Source of the DNA: Polyangiaceae bacterium
GTDB lineage: Bacteria > Myxococcota_A > Polyangia > Polyangiales > Polyangiaceae
DNA: 46,133 nucleotides
Direction of reading: 5' to 3'
NCBI GenBank assembly: GCA_035063585.1
Contig: JAPSGB010000037.1
Span: 1 to 46,133, forward strand
Shown: positions 18,831-28,525 of the stretch, piece after piece
Numbering within the stretch: the stretch's first letter is position 1
How the letters are laid out: each line of letters begins with the position of its first letter
Made by a program: the position numbers and the translations under genes
The notes under the pieces: model-generated
Databases searched by the model: none
The model's input: the letters and a program-made list of their open reading frames with translations, nothing else
What the model was told of the DNA's origin: nothing

Positions 18831-20753
18831 ATGACAGAGCGACGAGTGACGCGAGCGATTGTCCTGGCGGCCGGGACGGGATCGCGGCTCGGGGACGGCG
18901 ACGCGCCGCCGAAGCCGCTCCGCCCTGTCGCGAACATTCCGCTCCTGGTTCGCGTGCTCCGCACGCTGCAGTCGGTCGGCATGCGGGAGGCGGTGATCAT
19001 CACCGGCTACGAGGGGGACCGCGTGCGCCGCGCGCTCATCGCCGAGCCGAGCCTCGGGCTGAAGCTCTCCTTCGTCGAGAACCCGCGCTACACGGCGAAG
19101 AACGGCGTGTCGCTCTTGGCGGCGGCCGAGCTGGTCGATCGCGAGTGCGTGCTCACCATGAGCGACCACCTCTACTCGCCGGAGCTGGTCCGGCGCTTGC
19201 TTGCCGCGGAGCTGCCCGAGGGCGCCTGCGCGCTCGCGGTGGACCGCGACGTCGAGCGCTGCTTCGACATCGACGACGCCACCAAGGTGCGAGAGACGGG
19301 CGGCAAGATCACCGACATCGCCAAGGAGCTCGAGAGCTACGACGCCATCGACACCGGCGTGTTCCGCATCGGTCCCGAGCTCATCGAGTCGCTGCGCGCG
19401 GTCGAGGAGCGGGAGGGGGACTGCTCGCTCTCGGACGGCGTGCGGGCGCTCGCCGCGCGCGGCCGCTTCCACGCGATCGACGTGGGCGAGGTGCGCTGGA
19501 TCGACGTCGATACGCCCGCGGCGCTCGAGCGCGCCGAGGCGATGCTGCGCGTGTTCGGCGACTCGCTCGGCGACGAGCCCGGAGCGGGCGCGCCGCCCGT
19601 CATCGATCCTGAGGCCATCGAGCTCTTCGCGCCCACCTGGGTGCGCGCCGCGGAGCCCTACAACGAAGATCACTTCGCGATCGCCGAGCGCGAGGGCGTG
19701 CTCCGGCTGATGTCGAACGAGAGCCCGTACGCGCCGAGCGAGCGGGTGCTCGCCGCCATCGTAGAGGCGGCGAGGCGCGGCAATTTCTACCCCGGCGGCG
19801 CGCGCGCGCTGCGCGGCAAGCTCGCCCTGCGTGACGCGCTCGAGGAGCACAACGTGCTGCTCGGCGCGGGCTCCACCGAGCTCATCGACCTCATCATCCG
19901 CACCTTCGTCGCGCCGGGCGAGGAGGTGCTGCTCAGCGTGCCGACCTTCAGCATGTACGAGGCGCGGACGCGCACCGTCGGCGGCATCCCGGTGCTGGTG
20001 CCGCTCGGGGAAGACTACGCCTACGACGTCCCGCAGCTCATCCGCGCGGTGACCGAGCGGACGAAGGTGGTGTTCGTGTGCACGCCGAACAATCCGACCG
20101 GCAACCGCGTGCTCGACGCGGATCTGCGCCGGCTGCTCCGGCTCGGGCTACCGACCGTGATCGACGAGGCCTACTACGAGCTCGGCGAGGGGCCGTCGCT
20201 CGCGCACCTCATCGCGGAGTTCCCGAACGCGATCCTGCTCCGCACCTTCTCGAAGGCGTTCGGGCTGGCCGGCATGCGGATCGGCTACGCGCTCGGCCAC
20301 GCGGCGGTCATCAAGCTCCTCAGCCGCGTGAAGGTGCCGTGGAACCTCCCTGCGATGACGCTGGCGGCGGCGAGCGCCGCGCTCGACGACGCCGCCGAGT
20401 TCGAGGCGCGCCGGGGCGAGCTGCGCCGCGAGCGCGCGGAGATCGGCGCGCGCGTGTCGCGCATCCCGGGGCTCTCGGCGCTCCCGAGCGAGGGCAACTT
20501 CGTCCTGGTCGACATCTCCGCCACCGGTTACCGCGCCGACCAGTTCGTGGCCGCGGTCCTCGACGACGGGGTGCTCATTCGCTCGCTCGCCGTCCACCAC
20601 GCCAACAAGAGCTACGTCCGCATCACGGTCGGCACGCCCGAGCAGAATGAGCGCTGCGTGCGCGCGTTCGAGCGGGTGGCGGCGAGCGCACCCGGGCGGG
20701 CGCAGCTCGCGCCCGAGCCGCTCTTCCTCGGCCGGAGCGCCCGCGCGGAGTAA
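18831..20753 (+). CDS. Fusion of an inositol-1-phosphate cytidylyltransferase (IPCT)-like domain and a HisC/CobD-like fold-type I PLP enzyme
   Basis: N-terminal: LAAGTGSRL..PKPL, NGVSLL, LTMSDHLY, DDATKV, IAKELESYDAIDTGVF, WIDVDTP. C-terminal: LMSNESP, GAGSTELID, PTFSMY, TPNNPTG, IDEAY, RTFSKAFGLAGMRIGY, GNFVL, RITVG. Confidence 0.9.
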   Translation: MTERRVTRAIVLAAGTGSRLGDGDAPPKPLRPVANIPLLVRVLRTLQSVGMREAVIITGYEGDRVRRALIAEPSLGLKLSFVENPRYTAKNGVSLLAAAELVDRECVLTMSDHLYSPELVRRLLAAELPEGACALAVDRDVERCFDIDDATKVRETGGKITDIAKELESYDAIDTGVFRIGPELIESLRAVEEREGDCSLSDGVRALAARGRFHAIDVGEVRWIDVDTPAALERAEAMLRVFGDSLGDEPGAGAPPVIDPEAIELFAPTWVRAAEPYNEDHFAIAEREGVLRLMSNESPYAPSERVLAAIVEAARRGNFYPGGARALRGKLALRDALEEHNVLLGAGSTELIDLIIRTFVAPGEEVLLSVPTFSMYEARTRTVGGIPVLVPLGEDYAYDVPQLIRAVTERTKVVFVCTPNNPTGNRVLDADLRRLLRLGLPTVIDEAYYELGEGPSLAHLIAEFPNAILLRTFSKAFGLAGMRIGYALGHAAVIKLLSRVKVPWNLPAMTLAAASAALDDAAEFEARRGELRRERAEIGARVSRIPGLSALPSEGNFVLVDISATGYRADQFVAAVLDDGVLIRSLAVHHANKSYVRITVGTPEQNERCVRAFERVAASAPGRAQLAPEPLFLGRSARAE

Positions 20754-20759
20754 CACGCC

Positions 20760-21782
20760 ATGTCCCAGGCCAGCACCACCGCCCATGACGCCACGCTCTC
20801 GGTCGAGCGACGGTCGGGGTTCTGGGAGGGCTACCGGAAGACGCTGAAGCCGCTCGACGTCGAGGAGCCGGTGGATGTGTGGATCCATCGGCCGATCGCC
20901 TATCTTCTCACGCGGGCGCTCTACCCGACCAGCGTCTCGCCCAACGCGGTCACGATGCTCTCGATCGTGTTCGGGCTGGTGGCGGGGTTCGCCCTCTTCT
21001 CGTCGTTTTCCGGACACCTGGTGCTCGCGGGCGCCGCCATCTTCCTCTCGGCGGTGTTCGACTGCGCCGACGGCCAGCTCGCGCGGATGCGGGGGACCTC
21101 CTCCGCGCTCGGGCGCATGCTCGACGGCACGGCGGATTTCGTCGTGTCGCTCTCGGCGGTCGGCGGCGCGGCGTGGGTCATCTGGTCGAAGCACCACGAC
21201 TCGTGGTGGGTCGGGCTCATCGCGTTCGGGCTCGCGGCAGCCACCGCGGTCACCGGCTCGTTTCACACCGGGCTCTACGACCACTACAAGAACCTCTATC
21301 TCCACTTCACGAGCCCGAGCTCGGGTGACGTCGAAGATCACGTGACGGCTCGCCGTCGTCACGAGCGACGTGAACCCGCGAGCTCCCTCGGGGCGCGGCT
21401 CGCCTGGCCGATTTATCTCTTCTACCTCGATAGCCAGGCGAGCGTGGTGCTCGGCTACGATCCCGAGACGAGCGCGCGCTTCGCGGAGCTGCCCGCCTAC
21501 GACGAGCGGCGCGCGCGGATCTTTCGCGAGCACATGGCGCCGCTGATGCGAGTCTGGCGCAATTGGTTCGGCTTCGGCTCGCTCGTGTTCGGCCTCGCGG
21601 TGAGCAGCGCGCTCGACATCCTCGAGTACTACATGCTCTTCCGGCTGGTGCTCCTGAACGCGCTCTTCTACGGGTGGCTCCGCGCCGCTCAGCGTCGCGC
21701 GTCCCGAGCGGCCTTCGACGCGATGGGGCTCGTCACTCCCGAGCGGAGCGAGGCCGAGGCGACCACCGCGGCGGTGGCCTAG
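20760..21782 (+). CDS. CDP-alcohol phosphotransferase family membrane protein
   Basis: Complete signature DCADGQLARMRGTSSALGRMLDGTAD; SPNAVT motif; several TM helices. Confidence 0.92.
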   Translation: MSQASTTAHDATLSVERRSGFWEGYRKTLKPLDVEEPVDVWIHRPIAYLLTRALYPTSVSPNAVTMLSIVFGLVAGFALFSSFSGHLVLAGAAIFLSAVFDCADGQLARMRGTSSALGRMLDGTADFVVSLSAVGGAAWVIWSKHHDSWWVGLIAFGLAAATAVTGSFHTGLYDHYKNLYLHFTSPSSGDVEDHVTARRRHERREPASSLGARLAWPIYLFYLDSQASVVLGYDPETSARFAELPAYDERRARIFREHMAPLMRVWRNWFGFGSLVFGLAVSSALDILEYYMLFRLVLLNALFYGWLRAAQRRASRAAFDAMGLVTPERSEAEATTAAVA

Positions 21783-21825
21783 CCGCTCGCGGCGACCGCT
21801 CGCGGGATCTGCTAGCGTTCGAGGC

Positions 21826-24288
21826 GTGCGGTACGCCGGCTGGTCGCTCGTCGCCCTCGCGCTCGCGCTCGCGCCTCGAGCGCAGGCGTTCGTGTGGCCG
21901 AACACGGCCGACCGGATCGAGCGTGAGCTGAGCGACCCGAGCGACGTCGCGGCTCGGCGACGCGCGGCGGCGCGGCTCGATGAGCTGCCGCGCGCGCTCG
22001 CGGCGCGGCTCGCGCGCACGGCGCTCGGCGACGCGGACCCAGACGTGCGCCTCGCGGGGGCGACGACCGCGCTCGCGCTCGGGCTCGACGACGTCGGGCC
22101 GCTGGTCGTAGGGTGGCTGAACGACCCCGAGCGCCGCCTGCGGCTCGCCGCCGCCGAGTTGCTCGGCGCGGCGCCGACTCCGCGGGCCATCCCTCTGCTC
22201 GGCCGGGTGCTCTCCGATCCCGAGCCGGCGGTCCGCGCGTCCGCAGCGGCCGCGCTCGGCGCGACCGCCGACGCGGGCGCGGTGGTCCCGCTGCTCGGCC
22301 ACCTGGACGACGCGAGCACCGAGGTCCGCGTGGCGGTGGTGGAGGCGCTCACGCGGCTCGGCGATCGGCGCGCGGTGGTGCCGCTCATCGGGAAGATCCA
22401 GGACGGGCGCCCCGAGGTGCGGCGCGCGGTCGCCGGCGCGCTCGGCGCGCTCGGGGACGACCGCGCCTCGAGCGCGCTCGTGCTCTCGTTACGCGACGCG
22501 GACGACGAGGTGCGCGTCGCGACGCTCGACGCGCTCGGCGCGCTCCGCGACGGGAGCGCCACCCCGGCCATCATCGCGGTGCTCGGCGATGAGGGCCACG
22601 ACGCCGTGCGCGCCGCGGCTCTTGGCGCGCTCGCGCGCTTGGGGACGCCGGAAGGGCTCGACGCCCTGATGCGCGCGCTCGCGGCGGACGCTCCGGAGCG
22701 CGACCCATCCGAGGTGCGCGCCGCGCTCGGCCTCGCGGGCGCGCCGGCGGTGCCTCGGCTCCTCGCGTGCCTGTCGGGTCAACCGGCGCCCGCGCTCGCG
22801 GACGGCTGCGCGCTCACCCTCGGCGCAATGAGAGCGCCGGGAGCGAGCGGCGCCATCGGCGCCGCGCTCCGGCGCGGAGTGGTCCGTCCGCTCGCCGCGC
22901 TCGCGGCGCTCGAAGCGCTCGGCGATCGCGCGGCGCTGCCCATCGTCCTCGAGCGGCTCGACGATCCGGAGCCGCTGGTGCGCCGAGCGGCGATCGACGC
23001 CGCCACCGCGCTGCTCGATCCGCGCCAGCCCGACGGCCGCGCGGTCGACCCGATCGCCGCCGTGCTCGCAGGCGCGCGCGCGGGCGTCGAGGAGCGCTCC
23101 GCGCTCGCGCTCCTGCTCGGGCGCACCGGCGCGCCGCGCGCCGCTCCGCTCCTCGCGTCGCTCGTCACTCGCGCCGACGCGCCGTCGCTCCGCGCCGCCG
23201 CGGTCGAGGCGCTCGGGCTCCTCGGGCCGGCCGGGCAAGACGCGGCGTTGCTCGACGCGCTCGGCGCCGAAGAGCCGGGTCTTCGCCTGGCCGCCGCGGT
23301 CGCTGGGTCGCGCGCGGCATCGGGCGCGGCGGCCCCCGTGCTCCTCGCTCGTCTCGAGCGGGCCGCCGCGCAGGACCGCGCGGCGCTCGAGCTCGCGCTC
23401 GGCGGCGCGCTCGCGCGAAGTCGCGAGCCGGCCGTCATCGCCCGCGCGGTGCGACTGCTCGAGGCGAGCCGCGGCGGCGAGCGCGACGCGCTCATCGAGG
23501 CGGTCGGGCGCTCACGAACCCAGCCGGCGCTCGAGGCGCTCGAGCGGCTCGCGCGGAGCGGCGATCTCGCCGATCGCGCCAAGGTGGCCGAAGCGCTCGC
23601 CGCGCATCCGGGGGGGCTCGCGCTCCTCAGCCAGCTCGCGACCGATCCGGACGGCGGGGTGCGCGCGAGCGCGGCGTGGTCGCTCGCGACCGTAGGCGGG
23701 GCGCGTGAGGCGGCGCTCCTCGGACGGATGCTCGGCGATCCGGACGTCGCGGTCGCCGGGAACGCCGCGGCCGCGCTCGGCCGTCTCGGCGCGCGGCGGG
23801 CTGCATCGGCCGCGCCGCTCTGTCGAGCGCTCGATGATGGGCGAAGCTACGTTCGCGCCAACACGCTCGCTGCGCTCCGGGTCATGGGTGCGCGCTGCGC
23901 CGATGGCGCGCGTGAGCGCCGGCTGCTCGAGCGAGACGGCGCGGAGCGCGTGCGCGCCGCCGCGGCGCAGCTCGTCGCGGGAGCTCCGTCGAGAGCGCCG
24001 GCGCAGGATCGGGCCGCGCTCGCTCGCTGCGCCGCGCGCGACGCGAGCGGCGCGGTCGCCGCGGCGTGCTCCCAGCGCGCCGCGCCGGGGCCTCGCGTGA
24101 CCGAACCCGTGCTCGTGTTCGTGGTCCCGCAAGGAGAAGCCTCGCCGGTTGGGCGGGCGCCGTTCGCGTTGGTGCTCGCCGACGGCCTCATGCGACTCGG
24201 CGTCGCCGACCGGCGAGGAGCCGTCTACGAGCAGGCCGCGCCGGCCGGTCTCGTCTCGCTCGCGGTGCCGGCGCCGCTCGCGCTCTGA
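21826..24288 (+). CDS. Secreted HEAT/PBS-lyase repeat protein
   Basis: Signal peptide ending AQA; many L.D.D..VR..AA.ALG repeats; short beta-rich C-terminal domain. Confidence 0.85.
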   Translation: MRYAGWSLVALALALAPRAQAFVWPNTADRIERELSDPSDVAARRRAAARLDELPRALAARLARTALGDADPDVRLAGATTALALGLDDVGPLVVGWLNDPERRLRLAAAELLGAAPTPRAIPLLGRVLSDPEPAVRASAAAALGATADAGAVVPLLGHLDDASTEVRVAVVEALTRLGDRRAVVPLIGKIQDGRPEVRRAVAGALGALGDDRASSALVLSLRDADDEVRVATLDALGALRDGSATPAIIAVLGDEGHDAVRAAALGALARLGTPEGLDALMRALAADAPERDPSEVRAALGLAGAPAVPRLLACLSGQPAPALADGCALTLGAMRAPGASGAIGAALRRGVVRPLAALAALEALGDRAALPIVLERLDDPEPLVRRAAIDAATALLDPRQPDGRAVDPIAAVLAGARAGVEERSALALLLGRTGAPRAAPLLASLVTRADAPSLRAAAVEALGLLGPAGQDAALLDALGAEEPGLRLAAAVAGSRAASGAAAPVLLARLERAAAQDRAALELALGGALARSREPAVIARAVRLLEASRGGERDALIEAVGRSRTQPALEALERLARSGDLADRAKVAEALAAHPGGLALLSQLATDPDGGVRASAAWSLATVGGAREAALLGRMLGDPDVAVAGNAAAALGRLGARRAASAAPLCRALDDGRSYVRANTLAALRVMGARCADGARERRLLERDGAERVRAAAAQLVAGAPSRAPAQDRAALARCAARDASGAVAAACSQRAAPGPRVTEPVLVFVVPQGEASPVGRAPFALVLADGLMRLGVADRRGAVYEQAAPAGLVSLAVPAPLAL

Positions 24289-24318
24289 GCGCCGCGCCCA
24301 GTCGGGAAGGGCGCGGGT

Positions 24319-25701
24319 CTAGCCGCCCGCGGCGCACCGCATCGCGCACTGCAGATCCGACGGGGCGCAGCCGCACGGGGTCTTGGCCGGCTTCGGCTTG
24401 GGGGCCGCGGCGGGCTCGCCGCCTGCGGGCTTCGTCGCGGACGCGCCGTTCGGCTTGGCCGCGGGCCTGCCCCCGGCTGGCTTGGCCGCGACGGCCGCGG
24501 GCTTCGTGGGAGCGGCCGAGCCCGGAGGCGCTGCGCTCGCCGCCTCCGTCCCGGTGGCCGGCGGGGTAGCGGTCGGCGCGGCGGGCGTCGGGGTGCCGGC
24601 CGCCGTGGCCGCTGGTTCGGTGGTCGCGGCCGGCGCGGTCGGCTGCGCCGCGGGTTGTTCGGCGGGGCCGCCCTTGAGCACGAGCGCGCCGCCGATGACG
24701 AGCGCGGCGAGCACGATGGCGCCTGCGATGTAGAGCCCCGTCTTCGACTTCGCGGCCGCCGCCGGCGCCGCGATCTGCGCCTCGACACCGCCCCCGAGCG
24801 GCGCGGCGATCCCGAGCGGCGCGACGCCGAGCGGTGCGCCGAGCCCGCCGAACCCTCCGAGCGGGGAAGCCGCGCTCTCTTCCGGCTTGGAAGCTGCGGT
24901 GAGCGCCTTGAGGTCGATGAGCCCCGAGTCCTCTCGCGTAGCGGTCGAGCGCGACGGAGCGGAGCCGAACCCAAGCCCGAGCCCGGCGCTCGAGGACGAC
25001 TCACTCGCGGTGGGCTTCGCGGTGGCGGTGAGCGCGCTCAGCGAGAACAGCACCGAGGATTCGTTGCGAGCGCCCGTAGCGGTGGCGGGAGGCGGCGCGG
25101 GGTGCGCGCCCTGCGACGCGCTCGTCATGACCTCCTCTTCGCTGCCGGCGGCGTCGAAGCCGCCGAACAGATCTGCCTGTGCCGCTCGGCCACCGGCGCG
25201 AGCCGCGGTGCGACCCGAGCTCTCTGCGCTGGCTGCCCAGGGGGAGGCTCCTGCCGACGAGTCGAACGGAGCGGGCGCCGCCGGGGCCGGGGCCGGCGCG
25301 GCCGGCGCGCTCGACGCGGCGTGCAGGGCGTCGACGATCTCCGCGACCTCGCCGAGCGGCTGCCAGTCGCCCATTCCCTCTGCCCACACGAACGTCTCGG
25401 CGGTGACCTCGCCGGCGTTGTAGGCGGCGACCAGCGCGGCCATCGACAGCGTCCGCTGATCGTTGTCCCCGAAATCGACCGAATACTCACCAGCGCCGCG
25501 CGCGGCTGGTTCGGCGCCCGCGTCGTCCGTCGCGGCAGGCGAAGAAGACGCATCCGCAGCGTAGACGCTCGGCGGGTTCACCTTGCCGTCGACCACGATC
25601 GTCGTCCCGCACTTGCGGCATCGGATCTTGGCGAGGCGATCTTGGACCTTCTCATCTGCGATCGAGTACTTGGCCGAGCAAGCAGGACACGTAATCTTCA
25701 C
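24319..25701 (-). CDS. MJ0042-type zinc-ribbon plus GYF_2 domain membrane protein (AgmX/GltJ-like N-terminus)
   Basis: CPAC...IRCRKC zinc ribbon; TFVWAEGMGDWQPLGEVAE GYF_2; RNESSVLFSL and SGLIDLKAL motifs; one TM; Pro/Ala/Thr stalk; C-terminal CGC-x6-C-x3-C. Confidence 0.82.
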   Translation of the reverse strand: MKITCPACSAKYSIADEKVQDRLAKIRCRKCGTTIVVDGKVNPPSVYAADASSSPAATDDAGAEPAARGAGEYSVDFGDNDQRTLSMAALVAAYNAGEVTAETFVWAEGMGDWQPLGEVAEIVDALHAASSAPAAPAPAPAAPAPFDSSAGASPWAASAESSGRTAARAGGRAAQADLFGGFDAAGSEEEVMTSASQGAHPAPPPATATGARNESSVLFSLSALTATAKPTASESSSSAGLGLGFGSAPSRSTATREDSGLIDLKALTAASKPEESAASPLGGFGGLGAPLGVAPLGIAAPLGGGVEAQIAAPAAAAKSKTGLYIAGAIVLAALVIGGALVLKGGPAEQPAAQPTAPAATTEPAATAAGTPTPAAPTATPPATGTEAASAAPPGSAAPTKPAAVAAKPAGGRPAAKPNGASATKPAGGEPAAAPKPKPAKTPCGCAPSDLQCAMRCAAGG

Positions 25702-26083
25702 TTTGAGCCCATTCCTTCTGCGTCGCGCGTCCGCGCGTTCTCCGCTGCGTACGTTTCCTTATACTTTACCAGCAGATACGTCCAAGCTCACGGTTCGATC
25801 CGCGGACCCGGGTCGTGGCAGGACGTTTTAGCACCGCTCGCCGGCGGATCGCTAGTGTCTCGACACCCCGGCCGGCCGACTTTCTCGCCTCGGAAGGCGA
25901 CGCTCCCGAGCCGGCGAGGCCGAGCAGGCTCCGCGGGCGGCGGGGCTTCCGCGCGCGACAGGGGGACCGGACTTCCACTCCGGTGAGACCGGCTGAGCTC
26001 GGTGCGGCTTGGGTCGAGCGCGTCGCGCGCGTTCGGCGCCGCGATCGCGTGTAGACTCGGGGCGAAGGTGCTAGGCGACCCAC

Positions 26084-27007
26084 ATGAATGATCCCGCCGC
26101 GACCCGCGGTGTCCTCCCGCCGTTCGAACCGTCGCCTCCCGTCGACCGCGTGGCCGTGGAAGAGCGGGTCCAGGCGCTCGCCAAGCGCAGCCTGAAGCAG
26201 GCCGCGAAGATCGCCGGGTTACGGCTCGCGATCCGCGTCATGGACCTGACCACGCTCGAGGGCGCCGACTCGCCCGGCAAGGTTCGCGCGCTCTGTCAGA
26301 AGGCGCGGCGGCCGGACGAGAGCGATCCCGAGGTGCCGTCGTGCGCCGCCGTGTGCGTCTATCCGACCCTGGTTCGGGTGGCGAAGGACGCCGTCGCTGG
26401 CTCGAGCGTTCGCGTCGCGAGCGTCGCGACCGCCTTCCCGAGCGGGCTCTCCGCGCTCGCCGTGAAGCTCGACGACGTGCGCCGCGCGGTCGAGGCCGGC
26501 GCGGACGAGATCGACATGGTGATCGATCGGGGCGCATTCCTCTCGGGGGAGCACCGGCGGGTCACCGACGAGATCGCGGCCGTCAAGGAGGCGTGTGACC
26601 GCGCGCACCTCAAGGTGATCCTCGAGACCGGCGAGCTCGGCTCCTACGACAACGTGCGCCGCGCCAGCGATCTCGCGATGCGGGCCGGCGCCGACTTCAT
26701 CAAGACCTCCACCGGCAAGATCCAGCCGGCGGCGACGCCGGCCGTCACGCTGGTGATGCTCGAGGCGATCCGGGATTTCTACCTCCTCACCGGGAGGCGC
26801 ATCGGCATGAAGCCGGCGGGCGGGATCCGCACCGCGAAGCAGGCGCTCCACTACCTCGTGATCGTCAAGGAGACGCTCGGTGACGCGTGGCTCACCCCGG
26901 AGCTCTTCCGGCTCGGCGCGAGCACGCTCTTGAATGACGTCCTCATGCAGCTCAAGAAAGAAGTGTCCGGCGCCTATCAGGCGGCGGAGTATTTCTCGAG
27001 GGATTGA
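26084..27007 (+). CDS. deoC: Deoxyribose-phosphate aldolase
   Basis: MDLTTLEG, AVCVYP, VATAFPSG, GADEIDMVI, LKVILETGEL, DFIKTSTGK, KPAGGIR, RLGAS. Confidence 0.95.
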   Translation: MNDPAATRGVLPPFEPSPPVDRVAVEERVQALAKRSLKQAAKIAGLRLAIRVMDLTTLEGADSPGKVRALCQKARRPDESDPEVPSCAAVCVYPTLVRVAKDAVAGSSVRVASVATAFPSGLSALAVKLDDVRRAVEAGADEIDMVIDRGAFLSGEHRRVTDEIAAVKEACDRAHLKVILETGELGSYDNVRRASDLAMRAGADFIKTSTGKIQPAATPAVTLVMLEAIRDFYLLTGRRIGMKPAGGIRTAKQALHYLVIVKETLGDAWLTPELFRLGASTLLNDVLMQLKKEVSGAYQAAEYFSRD

Positions 27008-27010
27008 ATC

Positions 27011-28525
27011 ATGGCTATCAAGCTGGTCGAGCCCGACATCACGGTCACCGAGGAACGCCGCAAGGGCGAGCGCCGGCTCGACTTCGGACACGCGTGGGAT
27101 TACGCCGCCGCGCCGGAAGCGACCGATCACGTCCGCCTGCAGCCGCGCTACGACCTCTTCATCGACGGCTCCTGGCGAGCGCCAGCGAAGGGCCGGTACT
27201 TCCCGACCATCAGCCCGTCGACCGAAGAGCCTCTCGCCGAGGTGGCGGACGCCGACGCCGAGGACGTCGATCGAGCGGTGTCGGCCGCGCGCCGCGCCTA
27301 CGAGGCCGTGTGGAGCAAGCTCCCGCCCCTCGAGCGTGGGAAGTATGTGTTCCGCATCGCTCGGATCATCCAGGAGCGCGCGCGTGAGCTCGCGATCGTG
27401 GAGAGCCTCGACGGCGGCAAGCCGATCAAGGAGAGCCGTGATTTCGACGTGCCGACCGCGGCCGCCCATTTCTTCTACTATGCGGGCTGGGCGGACAAGC
27501 TGAGCTACGCGTTCGGCGGTCGGCGCATCCGCCCGCTCGGCGTGGCGGGGCAGGTGATCCCCTGGAATTTCCCGCTCCTCATGGCTGCGTGGAAGATCGC
27601 CCCCGCGCTCGCGTGCGGCAACACGGTGGTGCTGAAGCCCGCGGAGACCACGCCGCTCACCGCGCTCCTGCTCGCCCAGATCATCGAGGAGGCGGAGCTC
27701 CCGCCCGGCGTCGTGAACATCGTGACCGGCGCCGGCCCGACCGGCTCCGCGCTGGTGACGCACCCGGACGTCGACAAGGTCGCCTTCACCGGCTCGACCG
27801 CGGTCGGCAAGACCATCCAACGCGCGCTCGCCGGCACGGGCAAGCGCATGACGATGGAGCTCGGCGGCAAGGCGGCGAACATCGTGTTCGCGGACGCCTC
27901 GCTCGATCAGGCGGTCGAGGGCATCGTGACCGGCATCTTCTTCAACCAGGGTCACGTCTGCTCGGCGGGCTCGCGCTTGCTGGTCGAGGAGAGCGTGGCG
28001 GAGCTCGTGGTGCGAAAGCTGAAGGATCGCATGGCGACGCTACGGGTCGGTGACCCGCTCGACAAGAACACCGACGTCGGCGCCATCAACTCCAGGCGGC
28101 AGCTCGACAAGATCGAGGAGCTGGTGCGCTCGGGCGATGAGGAGGGCGCCGAGCGGTGGAGCGCGCCCTGCGCGCTTCCAGGCAAGGGCTTCTTCTTCGC
28201 GCCGACCATCTTCACCGGCGTCGCGCAGTCGCACCGCATCGCCCAAGAGGAGATCTTCGGCCCGGTGCTGAGCGTGCTCACCTTCCGCACCGACGAAGAG
28301 GCGGTCGAGAAGGCGAACAACACCATGTACGGCCTCAGCGCCGGCGTCTGGTCGAACAAGGGTGCGCGGCTCTTCGATCTGGCCGGGAAGCTCGAGGCGG
28401 GCGTCGTGTGGGGCAACACGTACAACAAGTTCGACCCGACCTCGCCGTTCGGCGGCTTCAAGGAGAGCGGGTTCGGGCGCGAGGGCGGCCGTCACGGGCT
28501 CGCCGCTTACCTCGAGGTGGAGTGA
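27011..28525 (+). CDS. Aldehyde dehydrogenase (catalytic chain)
   Basis: IPWNFP, LKPAE, FTGSTAVG, MELGGK, FFNQGHVCSAGSR (catalytic Cys), EEIFGP, FGGFKESGFGRE. Confidence 0.95.
   Translation: MAIKLVEPDITVTEERRKGERRLDFGHAWDYAAAPEATDHVRLQPRYDLFIDGSWRAPAKGRYFPTISPSTEEPLAEVADADAEDVDRAVSAARRAYEAVWSKLPPLERGKYVFRIARIIQERARELAIVESLDGGKPIKESRDFDVPTAAAHFFYYAGWADKLSYAFGGRRIRPLGVAGQVIPWNFPLLMAAWKIAPALACGNTVVLKPAETTPLTALLLAQIIEEAELPPGVVNIVTGAGPTGSALVTHPDVDKVAFTGSTAVGKTIQRALAGTGKRMTMELGGKAANIVFADASLDQAVEGIVTGIFFNQGHVCSAGSRLLVEESVAELVVRKLKDRMATLRVGDPLDKNTDVGAINSRRQLDKIEELVRSGDEEGAERWSAPCALPGKGFFFAPTIFTGVAQSHRIAQEEIFGPVLSVLTFRTDEEAVEKANNTMYGLSAGVWSNKGARLFDLAGKLEAGVVWGNTYNKFDPTSPFGGFKESGFGREGGRHGLAAYLEVE

Noticed and set aside
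19600..20753. Calling the PLP domain a housekeeping hisC
   Set aside because: It is fused to a cytidylyltransferase and has no his-operon context, so the substrate is left unassigned
28156..28524. Upstream extension of the short ALDH ORF, or a frameshifted pseudogene
   Set aside because: The extension overlaps the first ALDH out of frame; a clean TGATG coupling gives a start at 28525
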